From assembly GCA_002633005.1 (NCBI GenBank), contig NMRA01000418.1, positions 183,173 to 247,172 of the forward strand: a DNA stretch of 64,000 bases, read 5' to 3'. Source of the stretch: Phoronis australis (lineage: Eukaryota > Animalia > Phoronida). Position 1 is the first letter of the stretch, and every line of letters starts with the position of its first letter. Made by a program: the position numbers and the translations under genes. Positions 1-11,974 of the stretch are shown in pieces. Below the pieces are notes generated by a model. That model did not search any database, had not been told where the DNA came from, and saw nothing but the letters and a program-made list of their open reading frames with translations.

Positions 1-480
1 TCAAAATACAGGTGATCTCGCTTACATGTATCTCCTCATCCCATACAGTACACGTAACTCCCCAGTCTGTATATACAATGTTGGACCACTTTAAAGTAAG
101 TGACATTTAATGCGACCAGAATCTGGTTTAACACTCATTGCCTGGTTAATTTATGCAAACTACCATGGAAAACATGAGATGTCTAAATGTGTTAAAAGAT
201 CTAAATACCAGTGAATTGGCTCAAACATGACACTCCTGATGTTAACAATTCAGAATACAGGTGACCTCGGCACCTCCCTTAACTCATCATCACATACCAT
301 ACAAGTAACTATCATTCTGCAAAAACAATGTTGGAACAGATTGAAAGTCAAAATGATATTTAATGTGACTTATCTAGGGGTTTAACACTGGTCATCCAGT
401 TAAATGGTACAAAGAAGCATGGAAAAATGAGATATGCAAATGTGTTCTTTGATCTAAATGCCAGTGAATTGATTCAAGTA
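1..480. repeat. Diverged tandem duplication, ~249-bp period, about 2 units, running off the window start
   Basis: tcaaaatacaggtgatctcg at 1 recurs as tcagaatacaggtgacctcg at 250, and gatctaaataccagtgaattg at ~198 recurs as gatctaaatgccagtgaattg at ~451. Confidence 0.75.
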
Positions 481-811
481 TGCCTAAGTCACTACCTTTC
501 CTTAAGCTTGTACATAAGTTAACACTCAGATAAGGTTTCGCTTTTTAGTTAAGAGAGACTGAGTGTAATATGAATTTGAAAACTGAAATACCAGCATCTT
601 TAAATAAATTGGACAGCAAAGTTTCAACCAGAACACTGACTAAACATCCTAAATTTTACTGCCAAAATCACAGCAAGTGTTGCTATATTGCATTTTGCAT
701 TTATCTCAGTTTCTACAATATTACATCAATAACAACTGGTTAAATCACTCAGACAACCCAACAGATTGTATAATGTTCGAACAAAGATGAAATCCGGAGT
801 ATCACTGGACA

Positions 812-1095
812 TCACTGACTGTCAAGTTCATTATATCCCTCATTTGACCATTTTCCAGCGCGGTTCAAGGCAGCCAAACGTGAAAAGAAACCTTTATCCT
901 GTTGTAGTGTCAGCCAGCCTTCCTCCCGAAACTGCTCATCCATCTTGATCGCCTGTGTAGTCTGCTTTGTTGCTCTACTTTCTGTAAAATGACAGGCAGG
1001 TTGTAACACTCTTGAATAATAAACTTTTTGCAGAACTTTGCAGAGCCCAGCCACTACACAGGTGTGACTGCCGCTGAGTGATCCAATGATTTTAG
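812..1095 (-). pseudogene. Putative exon with a fibronectin type III-like C-terminal half, probably decayed
   Basis: CAG acceptor at 1098-1096. The phase-1 frame is open to TGA at 812 and is compatible with the phase-1 GTGAGT donor at 1968. LTLQQDKGFFSRLAALNRAGKWS resembles the FN3 E-F-G strand pattern L..G..Y..RV.A.N.AG..S. Confidence 0.35.
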
Positions 1096-1968
1096 CTGAG
1101 ATAATTCATTTGACCCATGGAGTGTAATATGTAAAACGACCATAAGTACAACAAGAAAAAAGACTGTGGGTACTTGATTTATTTTTGCCAGTTTGATTGG
1201 ATTCCTTTGGACACATCAAATGAATATCATATCCAGACAACAAATGTTAACATAGTGGTACTCATAAAACATAACGACACGCTATGATTTCCAGAATTAC
1301 ATAATTCACTGACAGCTGAATGAAACGAAATTCCAGCATGCAGGTTGTCAGTTAAAATTGGAATTTTTAATGCTATAACTAGAGCATTCATCAATATATC
1401 TATAGAAAAATACTTCCTGTAATGAACTAAAAAGAAGACGCATCACAACAATATCGGTTGTTGAAAAGTGAAAGTCAATGAGATATTGCATTTTCCGCTT
1501 GCAACAAGTACAGGTCACTAGGTGCACATAATCTCAGACTAAACTTACAACTAACACAAGACGCTACTAGTAAGTGGACTGAATAGCTCTAGGGTAGCCT
1601 AGACTCCAACAACGGCGACAGGGCAGGTATATCACTGATTTGCCCTTAGGAACACAAGACTGTTAATCAGTTGTGTACAGTGATGCAGGCATAGGACTAC
1701 TAAATTTCATCAGTGTGTACAAAGCTCTGTCTATACTACATGTTCAAAAACAAGTACATTTTTGTGGTACATGCATGGTCACACAGTTTGTGATCTTCCT
1801 GAAAGGAGGGACCAGTAACTTGCATTGCAGGGTACTGTATTAGAATAACATCTGTTGTTTCTAGCGGTGCTAACTGGTTCTCGAATCATGTATCCACAAA
1901 ACTGACTATTACCGCTACAATGCTATCGTGATAACCTCAAATTCAAACAAAGCAGTAGTAGTACTCAC

Positions 1969-2434
1969 CAGATCCAACAGGAAAGAACACAAATGCATTG
2001 ACATTGTTGAGTTCCTGTGAAAGTAAGTTGACTTTAGACATTTCAACCAGCATCCCCACTTCAGGCTTGGCACGCGAGCTACCACTAATGAAATGGGTGT
2101 TTGCAGAGTCTACATGGTTTCCACAGAATTCCAAGATGAGCCCGGTTTCTTGTCCTTGCCTTGGACGCAGTCACACAGGCGTGACACGGGTCCGGTGAAC
2201 ACGCATATGTAAATTGTCCGACTCTTGCCAAAATCAGTTGCCGCACAGTCTGTAGGTGCGGTGGTTTGCTACTCACTTTATGCCGCATCAATATTTCACA
2301 TATGTGCAGAGGACATTCTTTTGAGCTTCCATACACCTCATCACACTCCATCATACTAGCAGATAACACAGAAAGTCAGGATTCGCCAACCGGAACCATT
2401 TTGCCACCACTAAAGTGACACCTGTTGTTGGACA
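1969..2434 (-). pseudogene. Decayed Cys-rich exon with tandem VWC/pacifastin-like modules
   Basis: CAG acceptor at 2437-2435 and GTGAGT donor at 1968. Reading across stops and frameshifts gives NRCHFSGGKMVPVGES*, CDCVQGKDKKPGSSWNSV / PCRLCK and QQCQCIC, matching the VWC-like C...G....G.SW...C..C.C pattern. Confidence 0.5.
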
Positions 2435-3156
2435 CTGGGTTCACAAAAAACGCGGAATTTTAATTAAAAAGGAAAAATACCTTAAACAATTGCGCCTGAC
2501 TTAATGACACATAAGTAATTATTGATAAATCAACTTTTGAATCAAAACTATGCACTTTACTGGTGCTGTAATGTTCCAAACAGGTATCGGTATTGAAGGT
2601 AATTTCTACTCAGGTGGTTGTCGCAATCTTGCAATTTATATAGAAAAATGTTCAGCGCCAGAAAATTTTATTGTATTAATCAACAGCAACGTCTTGTGTA
2701 AAAGTCTGGTGTTGACCAGTGTTGTGCCAGCTGAGATATACGGGCTCAGAGTGTGGCAAAATTGCAATGCCTTGTTAACCTCTGACCCCTCTATACTTTT
2801 TGCCTGAAATTTTTAACTTAGCGGCAGAGTTAATGAGTATTGTTTAACATCGTTGTAAAGCCGAACACTTGCTTTATTTAAAAATTACAAACAAATAATG
2901 ATCACGTGCGCTGATATTTTTTTATTGTGCAGTGCAAATAAGGCATTTTCGGCGAGTTCATTGCATGGCATACCCCCAAAATACAGGCTCCCTGATTTCT
3001 CCCACTTAAACAAGGTAAAGTGAGATTGGACTTTACCGTTTTGTTTATCATCCCAAAGGTAACTAAAATGCATAGTATGGTTCAAATCGGTGACATTGGG
3101 TTTATCACCCCTCTGGGCATTTTTGCCTGCTGTGAGCCGTACTTCACTCTTAATTT

Positions 3157-4798
3157 TAATCAATTTAGATCGAGTAGTTCTACTGCATAACAACACGTAC
3201 GGTTGCGTTACCTGACACCTGACGGCAGACGGAGGTGTTGAAATTATCCAATGACGTCATCAGTTTCACACGCAGTCTGTTCAACAGTTCACAACACGGG
3301 TTACTTAGGTGTCAGCTTATCGCTTGAAGTCATCGTTTAACACCAATAAATCATCAACCTTCGATGTAAAACCCTTAAAAATACACCGAGTTCTAATAAA
3401 AACGTGTTGTTTTATTTCGCTCTTACGGATTTATTGGTATTTGGACACACTGTAGCCTACAAAGTTCGGCAGGCCAATAAGCTCCGTAGCAGGAGTTTGA
3501 AGTCTGTTCGGAGATAATTTCGAAGTATTTTCCGTGAGATACAGACATGAGAACCTAGATCTGTGTTATTTAGACTTGTGATTTTTTGAGTTCTAAACAC
3601 AAAACGCTTCTTATCGTGGCCAGTGGCTCGGAGCCCGATAGGCACGTCGAGGTCGGCCGGATTGACTCGTTATCCCGAACGGGCCAGTGGCTCAGAAACT
3701 GATCAGACATCACAAACATGAACCAGCCAAAGTTCAGTGGAAACTAAACTTTCAGTCAAGAAATTACTATACTCAGTGAGCCAAAGTAATGTACACGTGA
3801 TTATGTTGGTGAATTACCACGAAGCTGCAAATCTACTTACTCGTCGGGTGCCGCGAATTCATGTTCCGCTTTGGCCACAGCACCGTCAGGGCAGAAGTTG
3901 TGCATTGACAATCATTATTTTGATTAATGTAAATGTAAATAAAGATTTCCCTAACACCTGGCTGTGGGATGGAAATCGAGTTGTTTCACAACAGTTTCTG
4001 TCAGCAAACACTAGCTGAGCTCACGCGGCCTCGGTGTGCCGTCAATTAGTTTTATTGCAGCTCAAGCCGGTAACGCAGTGATTTATTCATTGCTGGCTTC
4101 TCAAATCATTTGCACTCACGAACACTCCAAAGGCATTACAAATTGCATCTAATGAGACAGACTTTGTTTCAGTTTCAGTATTGGTTAGGAGAGAATAATT
4201 CATTTTGAAACAGAACGCTCAGTAATAAACACCAACATGGCAACTCGCAATCCCGGCTTAGGACGAGCTAGAGCTCATCAGTCCCGACTTCGCTGGTGGA
4301 TCGTTAAGTTTTACAGGCTATCAATTCGAACAGGAATACAGTGATGAAGAAATAGTAGAGAGGCGCCGTGAACAACCTCAGACAACGGAACGTATGGAGT
4401 TATTTGGTAAGCCGGCATTCGTCAGGCAATGTTGACGTCTTCAGGCCACAGACATGGAGATGTTTCATGGCCTCATACTTGCTATTTACAGCGTACATTT
4501 CATTCTTGCCACTACCATGAGCCACTTCCTAAGCATTTCGGACTCCCAAGAAAGTAAAAAAATGATATATCCCCTTTCCTCGCAGCTGCTTAGTTCGGAC
4601 AAGCGGGAACGATGTACCGCAACATAGCGGCATTCACTCTGCATATGAACCATTGACGTCGCTAGCGTCGTTTCTCACCTTCCTCACAGGTCAACGCGAC
4701 ACTACTTGGCAAGGTAAGATCGACCGTATGCGAGGCTATGTGGATATAGACCGATTAAGACGGCAAAAAAGACTAATTAAATCGGGTGGCATTCTCCT
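3157..4798 (+). mobile_element. Non-autonomous Kolobok-type DNA transposon, family A; left TIR missing, right TIR intact
   Basis: Ends ...gggtggcattctcct followed by TTAA (4799-4802). This is the reverse complement of the AGGAGAATGCCACCC termini at 34175, 38888 and 43326. The body aligns with those copies, and there is a GYQFEQEY remnant at 4316-4339. Confidence 0.75.
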
Positions 4799-4802
4799 TT
4801 AA

Positions 4803-5965
4803 GGGAGCACACCAGTAGCATGATCTGCCCCAAAGTCGTCATCCTCTGTTTTCAACTCTATAAAAAGACATCAGCAAAATTCAATAAAGATCCTGCAGAG
4901 CATGTAAAAGATACAGCCATGGGCGATAAAACAAACAAAACTGCCACTAGGAGATGCCATAGTATTCCAAGCCATCGGAAAATCACCTTTAGCTGCCTTC
5001 TTCACACTAAGAACATAATTATATGCCAATTTTCAAAATCATCCCTAGAGCGGTTTGGTTGAGAGAACGGTGGACGCCAAATGACAGGCTCAAAAAACAG
5101 TAAAAATGGCCACTAGGTGGTGCAAAGTACAACTGAATCTGTCCGAAAAAGTGTGGATGGCATCGTCTCACTAATAGATGTCTAACTACCAAATTTTATG
5201 AAAATCCGTTGAGGACCTTCAAATCTACAGAGGTAACCATAAAATATTAAAATTGCCAATGGGGTCATACGAGTAGCCGGAGAGGACCGAAATTCATCAT
5301 CCGTCGTCACCTTCATCAGAACACATCCTGCCAAATCTCATCAAGATCCTGTGAGGGGCTTAGGAGATACAGCCCTGGGTGAAAAAGCAAACAAAGTATT
5401 CCAAGTCATCGGAAAATCATCGACAGCTCCGCTGAACACAGTAAGAACATATAAGTCAATTTTCAAAATCATCCCTAGAGCAGCTTGATGGAGAGAACGA
5501 CTCGAAAACAGTAAAAAATGGCCACTAGGTGGCGTAAAGTACCTCAAATCCCTTTGAAAATGAGAGGAGGCATCATCTTACTAATAGATGCCTAACTCAA
5601 AAATTTTAAGAAAATCTGTTGAGAACATCCCAATATACAGAGATAACCATAAAAAAACTAAAAGTGCCACTATGGGGCACACCGGTAGTCAGGGAGGTCC
5701 GAAATTTGTCGTCTTGGGTTGTCAGCTTCATAGAAACACATCTGCTAAATCTCATCAATATCCTGTGAGGGGTTTAAGAGATACAGCTGCGGAAGCCGGA
5801 CGACAGACGCCGAATGCCCAGACAGAGATGAGGGCAATATGCCACCACATAAAAATTTATTTATTTACTTATTATTTATTATTGTGATATTTAAAATGAG
5901 GGTGGCCTCTTCAGTGATAGCACTGCTTTCCAAGAGGACCCTCAAAATATGTGGGCGCATAAAAA
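4803..5965 (-). mobile_element. Partial Helentron-associated (HINE/DINE-1-like) element with internal tandem subunits
   Basis: Ends atatgtgggcgcataaaaa, the reverse complement of the element's 5' end seen at 23418. There is a GACR-like microsatellite remnant near 5800-5825. Repeated ccactagg/tcatccctagagc blocks are shared with 6197-7613 and 23418-24502. Confidence 0.7.
5856..5945 (-). mobile_element. 3' tail of a CR1/L2-like LINE or SINE inserted into the HINE 5' hairpin
   Basis: (ATTT/ATT)n tail followed by gtgatatttaaaatgagggtggcctcttcagtgatagcactgctttccaagagg, near-identical to both arms at 45421-45563. Confidence 0.6.
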
Positions 5966-6196
5966 TGCTTTCACAATTTGAAAATAAGAATTAACCTTCA
6001 ACCATATCATTATAATATAAACGAAATGTTGACGTCGTTTCAATAGTCATAGACACATCTATTAAATGCATTAGAGTTAAAAAACACACACAGAAACACA
6101 ACGTCCCTTCGAACTAAGGACCCTTCTGTACGTAGGACGTCAATGCACAGTCTATTCTGTTTTCCGCATTCGTTGCACCATATTCTCAACATTTGC

Positions 6197-7613
6197 AACA
6201 AGAGCAACGAGGAGCGTTGAAATGCGCCCATGAATGCACAGCAAACGGTGTTTCTCTAGGGTTGTTGATAAGGAACATAAAAATAGTCACTACATGCCAC
6301 AAAATATGTCGAATCCATTCAAAAACCATCGAAGCTATCCAAATTTCTTGAAATCCGCCAAGAAACTTCTGAGAAACCGAGGAAAACGAGAAAGGAACCT
6401 GTCACTAAAGAGGATATAGGCGCAAAAAACAACTGTCATTAAGAGGCACCACAGTGAAGAAAATTGGACGACATCGTCACCTCACTAATATTCACTGTAT
6501 ACCTATGTGCCAAATTTTATGAAAATCCAATGACGAACTTTGAAGGGAAACGTAAAAAAATAAAATTACCACTAAGGGGCACACCAAAGTCAGAGAGGTC
6601 CGAAATTCGTCGTCTATCGCCATCTTCATAGAAACGCATCTGTTAAATCTCATCAAGATCCTGCGAGGGTTTAGGAGATGTTGCCATGAGCGCAAAAACA
6701 AATGAAACTGCCACCAAGAGGTGCCACATACTCGAAGTTGTCCGAAAATTATCGTCAGATGCATTTGTAAAAACATATATGTCAATTTTCAAAATCATCA
6801 CTGGAGCGGTTTGGTTGATAGAATAGCGGACGCGAAAAACAGACTTGAAATCATTAAAATAGGCCACTATGTGGCGCAAAGTACCTCAAATCTCTCCGAA
6901 AATGGACAGATGTCATCATCTTACGAATAGATTCCAATCAAATGTAAGGAAAATCCTTTGAGGACCTCCGAAAATACAGACTTTTCTGAGATAAGTGTAA
7001 AAAACTAGAGTTTCCGAAATTCGGCGTCGTCTTTCGCCATCTTCAAAGGAACACATCTGCTAAATCTAATCAAGAACCTGTGATTGGGTTAGGAGATCCT
7101 GTCATGGGCGCAAAAAACAAGAGGTGCCATAGTAGTCAAAGTTGTCGGAAAGCCGTCCTCAGCTGCCCAGTCTTCACTGTAAAAACATAAGCCGGTACGT
7201 CAATTTTCAAAATCATCCCTAGAGCAGTTTGGTTGAAAGAAGGGCGGATGCCAAAATAGACTCGAAAACATTAAAAATTGCCATTAGGCGCCGCAAAATA
7301 CCTCAAATCTGTCCCAGAACAGACTGATGGCATCATCTCATTAAGACATTACCTAACTGCCAAATTTCATGAAAATCCGTTGAGGACCTCCGAAGATAGG
7401 GAGATAAGCGTAAAGATTTACATTTGCCACTAGGGGGCACACCGGTAGTGGGAGAGATCCGAAATTTGTCGACTGTTGTCAGCTTTATAGGAATACATCT
7501 GCCAAATTTGATCACGATCCTGTGAGTATTTAGGATATACAGCTGCGGACGCCGGACGCCCAGACAGAGAAGACGGCAAATGCAAACACATGTAATTATG
7601 TTGGCGCATAAAA
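6197..7613 (-). mobile_element. Full-length Helentron-associated (HINE/DINE-1-like) element
   Basis: aacaagagcaacgaggagcgttgaaatgcgccca at 6197 is the reverse complement of the 3' subTIR+hairpin end at 24468-24502. The other end is ttggcgcataaaa at 7601-7613. Internal tandem subunits are present. Confidence 0.75.
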
Positions 7614-7734
7614 GTTTTGAAATTGTCAAAATAGTTGGAACAGTCCTAAAGCAATGCTGTACAACTGATGCCTGGTATTATCAATAGAAGAGATCACAGG
7701 ACAGTACCGGTTCATCAGTGATTTTTCAAAACTG

Positions 7735-7904
7735 TAGTATCTTATTGATAAGTTGAAGACGTTAGTGTAGAATTTTAGAACTGTAGGTGAAGGCACTTTT
7801 CGCATGTACGTACGGCAATCATGGACTGGGCGCTTATTTTAGCAAAGACTGCAAACGCTTGGGGGTGGTTACAGGAGCATGGGCGCTTATTACAGCGAAT
7901 AAGG
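7735..7904 (+). mobile_element. Right-end fragment of the pogo/Tc1-mariner-like MITE family seen at 14234 and 59334
   Basis: gataagttgaagacgttag...gggcgcttattacagcgaataaggTA aligns with 15460-15618 and 60590-60747. Confidence 0.7.
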
Positions 7905-8510
7905 TAAAACAAAATGTTAATTTAATGAACCTATTTTTTGTTGGTATCTTGTGTTTGCAAAAATGCTTAGCTTTCGGTAAAATCAAGATGCAAAAACATC
8001 CATAGAAAAAGTTCCAAAGGTAATCTAGACCATCATAACAAGACCTAAGGGAAGGCATCTCAAGTTGCTTTTGCGCTGGAATCAACATTTTATTTCTGCT
8101 CTGACCTGCCAGGCTGTGTTTTGTGTTGAAAAAGCTGATAGTAGGCATTTTTAAGCGGTAGGAACCTACCGCCTACTTTACAGAGCACTTTTTCACATCC
8201 TCACTGTAGTAGTCACTCGTTTTGTGTTTTTCAGTGCATTGAGTCATTGGGTGGCTTGTATGAAATGATTTCATCTCATTCATTGTCTCATCTTTCATAT
8301 TTTTGATCCCCAGGATCTTTTTAAGAATTGGGCTTTTCTTTTTTCTCCTGAGCCTCGAGGAAAGTAAACCGGCGTTTAGAAAGGATAGAGGAAACTGTTG
8401 GAGACATTGGGAAGAACAGAGGGATGCAACTGGAAGAAGAATAAATATCTGCTGGAATATTCACTGAAACTCAAAAATGCCACTGTGGATCAAAAAAATC
8501 ATAAATGTAC

Positions 8511-8600
8511 CTGCGCGTATTGTGATAAGACATAGCCATTATTACATGGGCATGGGTCAGAAACATCAACAATATGGCCCAGAAAATACGTTTGTACAAG
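8511..8600 (-). pseudogene. Possible small exon with an EGF-like Cys motif
   Basis: 90-bp segment bounded by CAG and GTACAT. It reads LVQTYFLGHIVDVSDPCPCNNGYVLSQYAQ (C.C..GY.L); the overlapping frame gives CTNVFSGPYC. Confidence 0.25.
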
Positions 8601-9915
8601 CTGAGGGTGAGCTCTAATTTAAAAAAAATGATTAAAATGCATTCTCATTACAGTGATGATTGGCAATGATTGAAACTTTATTTCACATTTGATATTTTGA
8701 CAGCCACATTTGCTTATTTAAGTTTTGAGTTGGTATTCTATTTAACACATAACAACCATTTTCCTGATAACTAACAGCTGTCAAATACAAAATGATTATC
8801 ACTTTCATTCCCATCTATGTTGCTTACCTTCTTCTAATGGAAGTGAAGATTTTGGGGGTTGTTTCATAATCTTTGGAAAGTTAAAATCCTAGAGTATATT
8901 CATAGCATAGTCCGACCTGTGATGATTCCGTGCAAATAGTCAGTAAGTACATTTTAATTACATTGAATAAGTAGCAAAGACCAATATACATGTAGCTTAA
9001 ATACTGCAAATGTATGAATTATTCTGAATTGATATCTTAGTAACAACAAAAAATTTATTACTAAAAATTCAGAGTGTACATTCGTCATTAACTCCATCAT
9101 TAACTGAACTTAAACATGCATCAAGCTGCCTCACAAAAAGTTCTTAGAAGATATCCTCAAAAATTATTTTGTACTTTGCAAACATTCCACTGAGACATTA
9201 TGTAAAACAAAAAATGTAACTTTATGCCACTCACAGAAAATCAACGTCAACAATTAAAAAAATTCCAATTCTCTTCGCTTTTCTGTCACACATAAGGCAA
9301 TTTTCTCAGTCAGACCAAAAGTTAGGGTAAAATCTGATCCTATGAAAGCTATCAATGACACCTATCAATTGATATAATAGTTATTTTCCTAACATGAATG
9401 TCCCCAGATGGAATTGCTGTAAGCCATTTTAGTCATTCTGTTATTAGAATTTTACCAATAGTAATTTTTACTCTCAGACGAGAAAATGACATGTTGTCTT
9501 ATTACTTGTGCATTGTATTGTATATTCTGGTCAGTTGTTCACTAGACTATATGGAGTAAGCTGTAAGCTAGCGTTCGAAGCGTGGATTATTTGAGACATT
9601 CAGATGACCTATTTTCTACGCCATGTGACTCAATCATGCCGTCAATCAGATCCAACATTACGCTTTTTCTTAACAAACAGAAATAAGGCTCTTCTGCGTA
9701 TGTATTTGTTATACGATAGTAATTTCAGGAACATGGTCGGTGGACATTCACGCAGAAGGCCATTACCGCCAGAAGTCCAGAAGCAAATTCAGCAACACAG
9801 AGCAACACACAGCAACAAATGCATTAAAAAACCCCAGCCAGATGTTTAAGTTCGGTCGACACAATGGCAATGTGGTCAAACTCTGTAAAGAACTTGGCCT
9901 TGAACATAACAGAAA

Positions 9916-10112
9916 TTAATTAACAAACAGATTATCTTCAATTTCTTTCATATTTATAGAAACAAGCAATACAAGCAAAATTGCAAACAGGAACCAAACA
10001 CATAATTGCACAGAGCTCCTAGCGACGAGTCTAGGGATAATTTTTTCCACCTGCAATTCATGGTTTTGAGGTGGGAAATTTTGGAAGTTGAAATTGTTAA
10101 CTCTGGCATTTT
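9916..10112 (-). CDS. Candidate terminal exon (transmembrane or GPI-signal anchor) of the IgSF gene
   Basis: The TAG acceptor at 10115-10113, read in phase 1, gives ENARVNNFNFQNFPPQNHELQVEKIIPRLVARSSVQLCVWFLFAILLVLLVSINMKEIEDNLFVN*. An alternative phase-1 TAG near 10031 gives DSSLGALCNYVFGSCLQFCLYCLFL*. Both acceptors are weak. Confidence 0.35.
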
Positions 10113-10392
10113 CTAGGAGTCAATTGGTTCAAGCTGTGGTGAAACGTAGAGAGAATGCTATTGTAACAAATGTGAAGATACTAGTACCCCAAGACTTCAA
10201 ATATACAACAAATGAAATAAAGGTAATGAAAGAAACGTAAAACTATGCATTGCCAACGGGGATTAAAAAGCAGATCTCTATGTATCTTGGAGGTTGCAAT
10301 AGAGTCGTGGTTCATTACAACAACTTCCTAAGTAATGCAAATTGTTGCCTAAGGCAGGAATAAGTACCATGACAGTTAAAATAGCAACTTAC

Positions 10393-10707
10393 CGGTCTCC
10401 TTAACAGCCTCAGTTTCAGCGTACAAAGTAGCCTGCCTGTTTGACACTTGACATCGGAACTGTACACCAACATCAGCTGTATCTAAGTTGACCCTGAGTG
10501 TGCTGTTGCCGTTAGTGGTTCCATCATTGTTGTTGGCGGTAGTCATCTTAACATTCTCCGTTATATTTTTGTATGCGCCGCTACCAATCCGACGTGACCA
10601 CACCATAGATGCCTGTGGTTTGCCTAAGTTTGCCGTACATATGAGGACAGCTGGTCCTGTTCCAGACTGCGTCGGGGCTCCAGATATAGATGGTGTGCTC
10701 GGTAGGA
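10393..10707 (-). CDS. Ig C2-set (CD80/nectin-like) domain exon of a cell-surface IgSF protein
   Basis: Polypyrimidine+CAG acceptor (10710-10708), GTAAGT donor (10392), phase 1-1, no stops. Translation: LPSTPSISGAPTQSGTGPAVLICTANLGKPQASMVWSRR...NGNSTLRVNLDTADVGVQFRCQVSNRQATLYAETEAVKET, with canonical B-Cys, C-Trp and F-Cys. Confidence 0.9.
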
Positions 10708-10894
10708 CTGGGGAAATAAGAACAAATTAAGCATTACAGCACCAATTTACCTATCTAGCTACAATTGATCGCCCAAGTTATCTAATTAAAACACTTTGAC
10801 ATCTGAACGACGTTTTGGCATGCATTGGCCCCTTAATTCGTTATGATGATAAAATGTCCCCACACTTCTACATGGCCTCTTTTAACATTAGTAA

Positions 10895-10985
10895 TAGCCG
10901 AGATTACGCGACCCGGGGATCGAAACAGTAACCCCCATAAAACCAGCAAGCATGCTAACCATTCAGCTAATAGACAATTGCCTGT
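10895..10985 (-). mobile_element. tRNA-derived SINE head
   Basis: The minus strand reads tagctgaatggttagc (A box) ... gtttcgatccc (B box) at tRNA-like spacing, without a complete cloverleaf. Confidence 0.5.
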
Positions 10986-11194
10986 TAGCGAGTAGCTAAC
11001 AGAGGCTCATATGATTCACCAGAAGCACATCTACAACAACATGTAGTTGCAAACTCTTTGGAAAAACTTCGACACATTTGAATGGGCAGCATTGCCATAA
11101 TTGATTTCCAGCGACAGTGTTGAATAATTATGGGTCAACTTAATCATTGTCAACAAGCTCTCCGTTACTAAGTTTAGACGGCAAACTTTATTCC

Positions 11195-11360
11195 TGGTCT
11201 CACACGTTGTTAACCCTTATTACATCGTTAGAGGATGTTATAAGGATCCAAGAAGTACCTACCCCATAACTAATACACGATCTGTATTAAAAAAAGTTAA
11301 AATGAACGTGCCACTCACGATTCGCACCTGAAGAACCACCGCCATTTTGAACTTACCTTG
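11195..11360. repeat. Interspersed repeat; inverted copy at ~48970-49130
   Basis: gttaacccttattacat...ggatccaagaagtacctaccccataactaatacacgatc...gccattttgaactt is present as the reverse complement near 49000-49125. Confidence 0.7.
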
Positions 11361-11394
11361 AACGCGAAAGTACAACCCATACGAAAAGGATCAG

Positions 11395-11700
11395 TTTCAA
11401 TTGAGATTCAATTGTAATTCAATAGAAAATTGAATTTCTATTGAATATGTCTATTGAATGAAAATTCAATTGGCACTTCCCTTGCCGTCAATTGAATGGC
11501 TATATTGAACAGCTATTGAATTTCTGCACTTAGAAAATTTTTAGCTGTTCTGTATTGAATGGCTATTGAATTCCAGGACTTAGAAAAATTTTGGCAGTTC
11601 GGAATTGAATAGTTACCGAATTTGAGAACTTAGAAAATTTCAGGATGTCGTGGAATTGAATGGCTATTGAATTTCAAGACTTAGGGAATTTCTGGATGGT
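11395..11700. repeat. CTATTGAAT-rich degenerate tandem repeat
   Basis: Many ttgaat/ctattgaa motifs, plus recurring acttagaaaa units spaced about 50 bp apart. Confidence 0.65.
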
Positions 11701-11974
11701 TTGATTTAACAAGTTACCAGCAATGTTTGTTTCAAACATGTTACCAATTGGTTGTCAAGGTTACATTCCTGGAAAGTGACCTTTAAGATTTTCAAACCCT
11801 TTCAAACGGTTTTGGTCCAGCATAAACTCTGCATGGATAGTGAAGAACTGCATACATTAAAAGGGGAGTTTTTGATTTCAACATTGTATTTTTGTCAATT
11901 TGATTTGTTAAGTGACATTTATGTTTCACTTATGAATGAGTAGCTTTAAGTCTTGTAAACAAAATGGAAGCTTT

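Noticed and set aside
1969-2434. TGA codons at Cys-like positions suggesting a selenoprotein
   Set aside because: The same exon also has TAG/TAA stops, TGA at a Trp position and frameshifts, and I recognised no SECIS; pseudogenisation is simpler.
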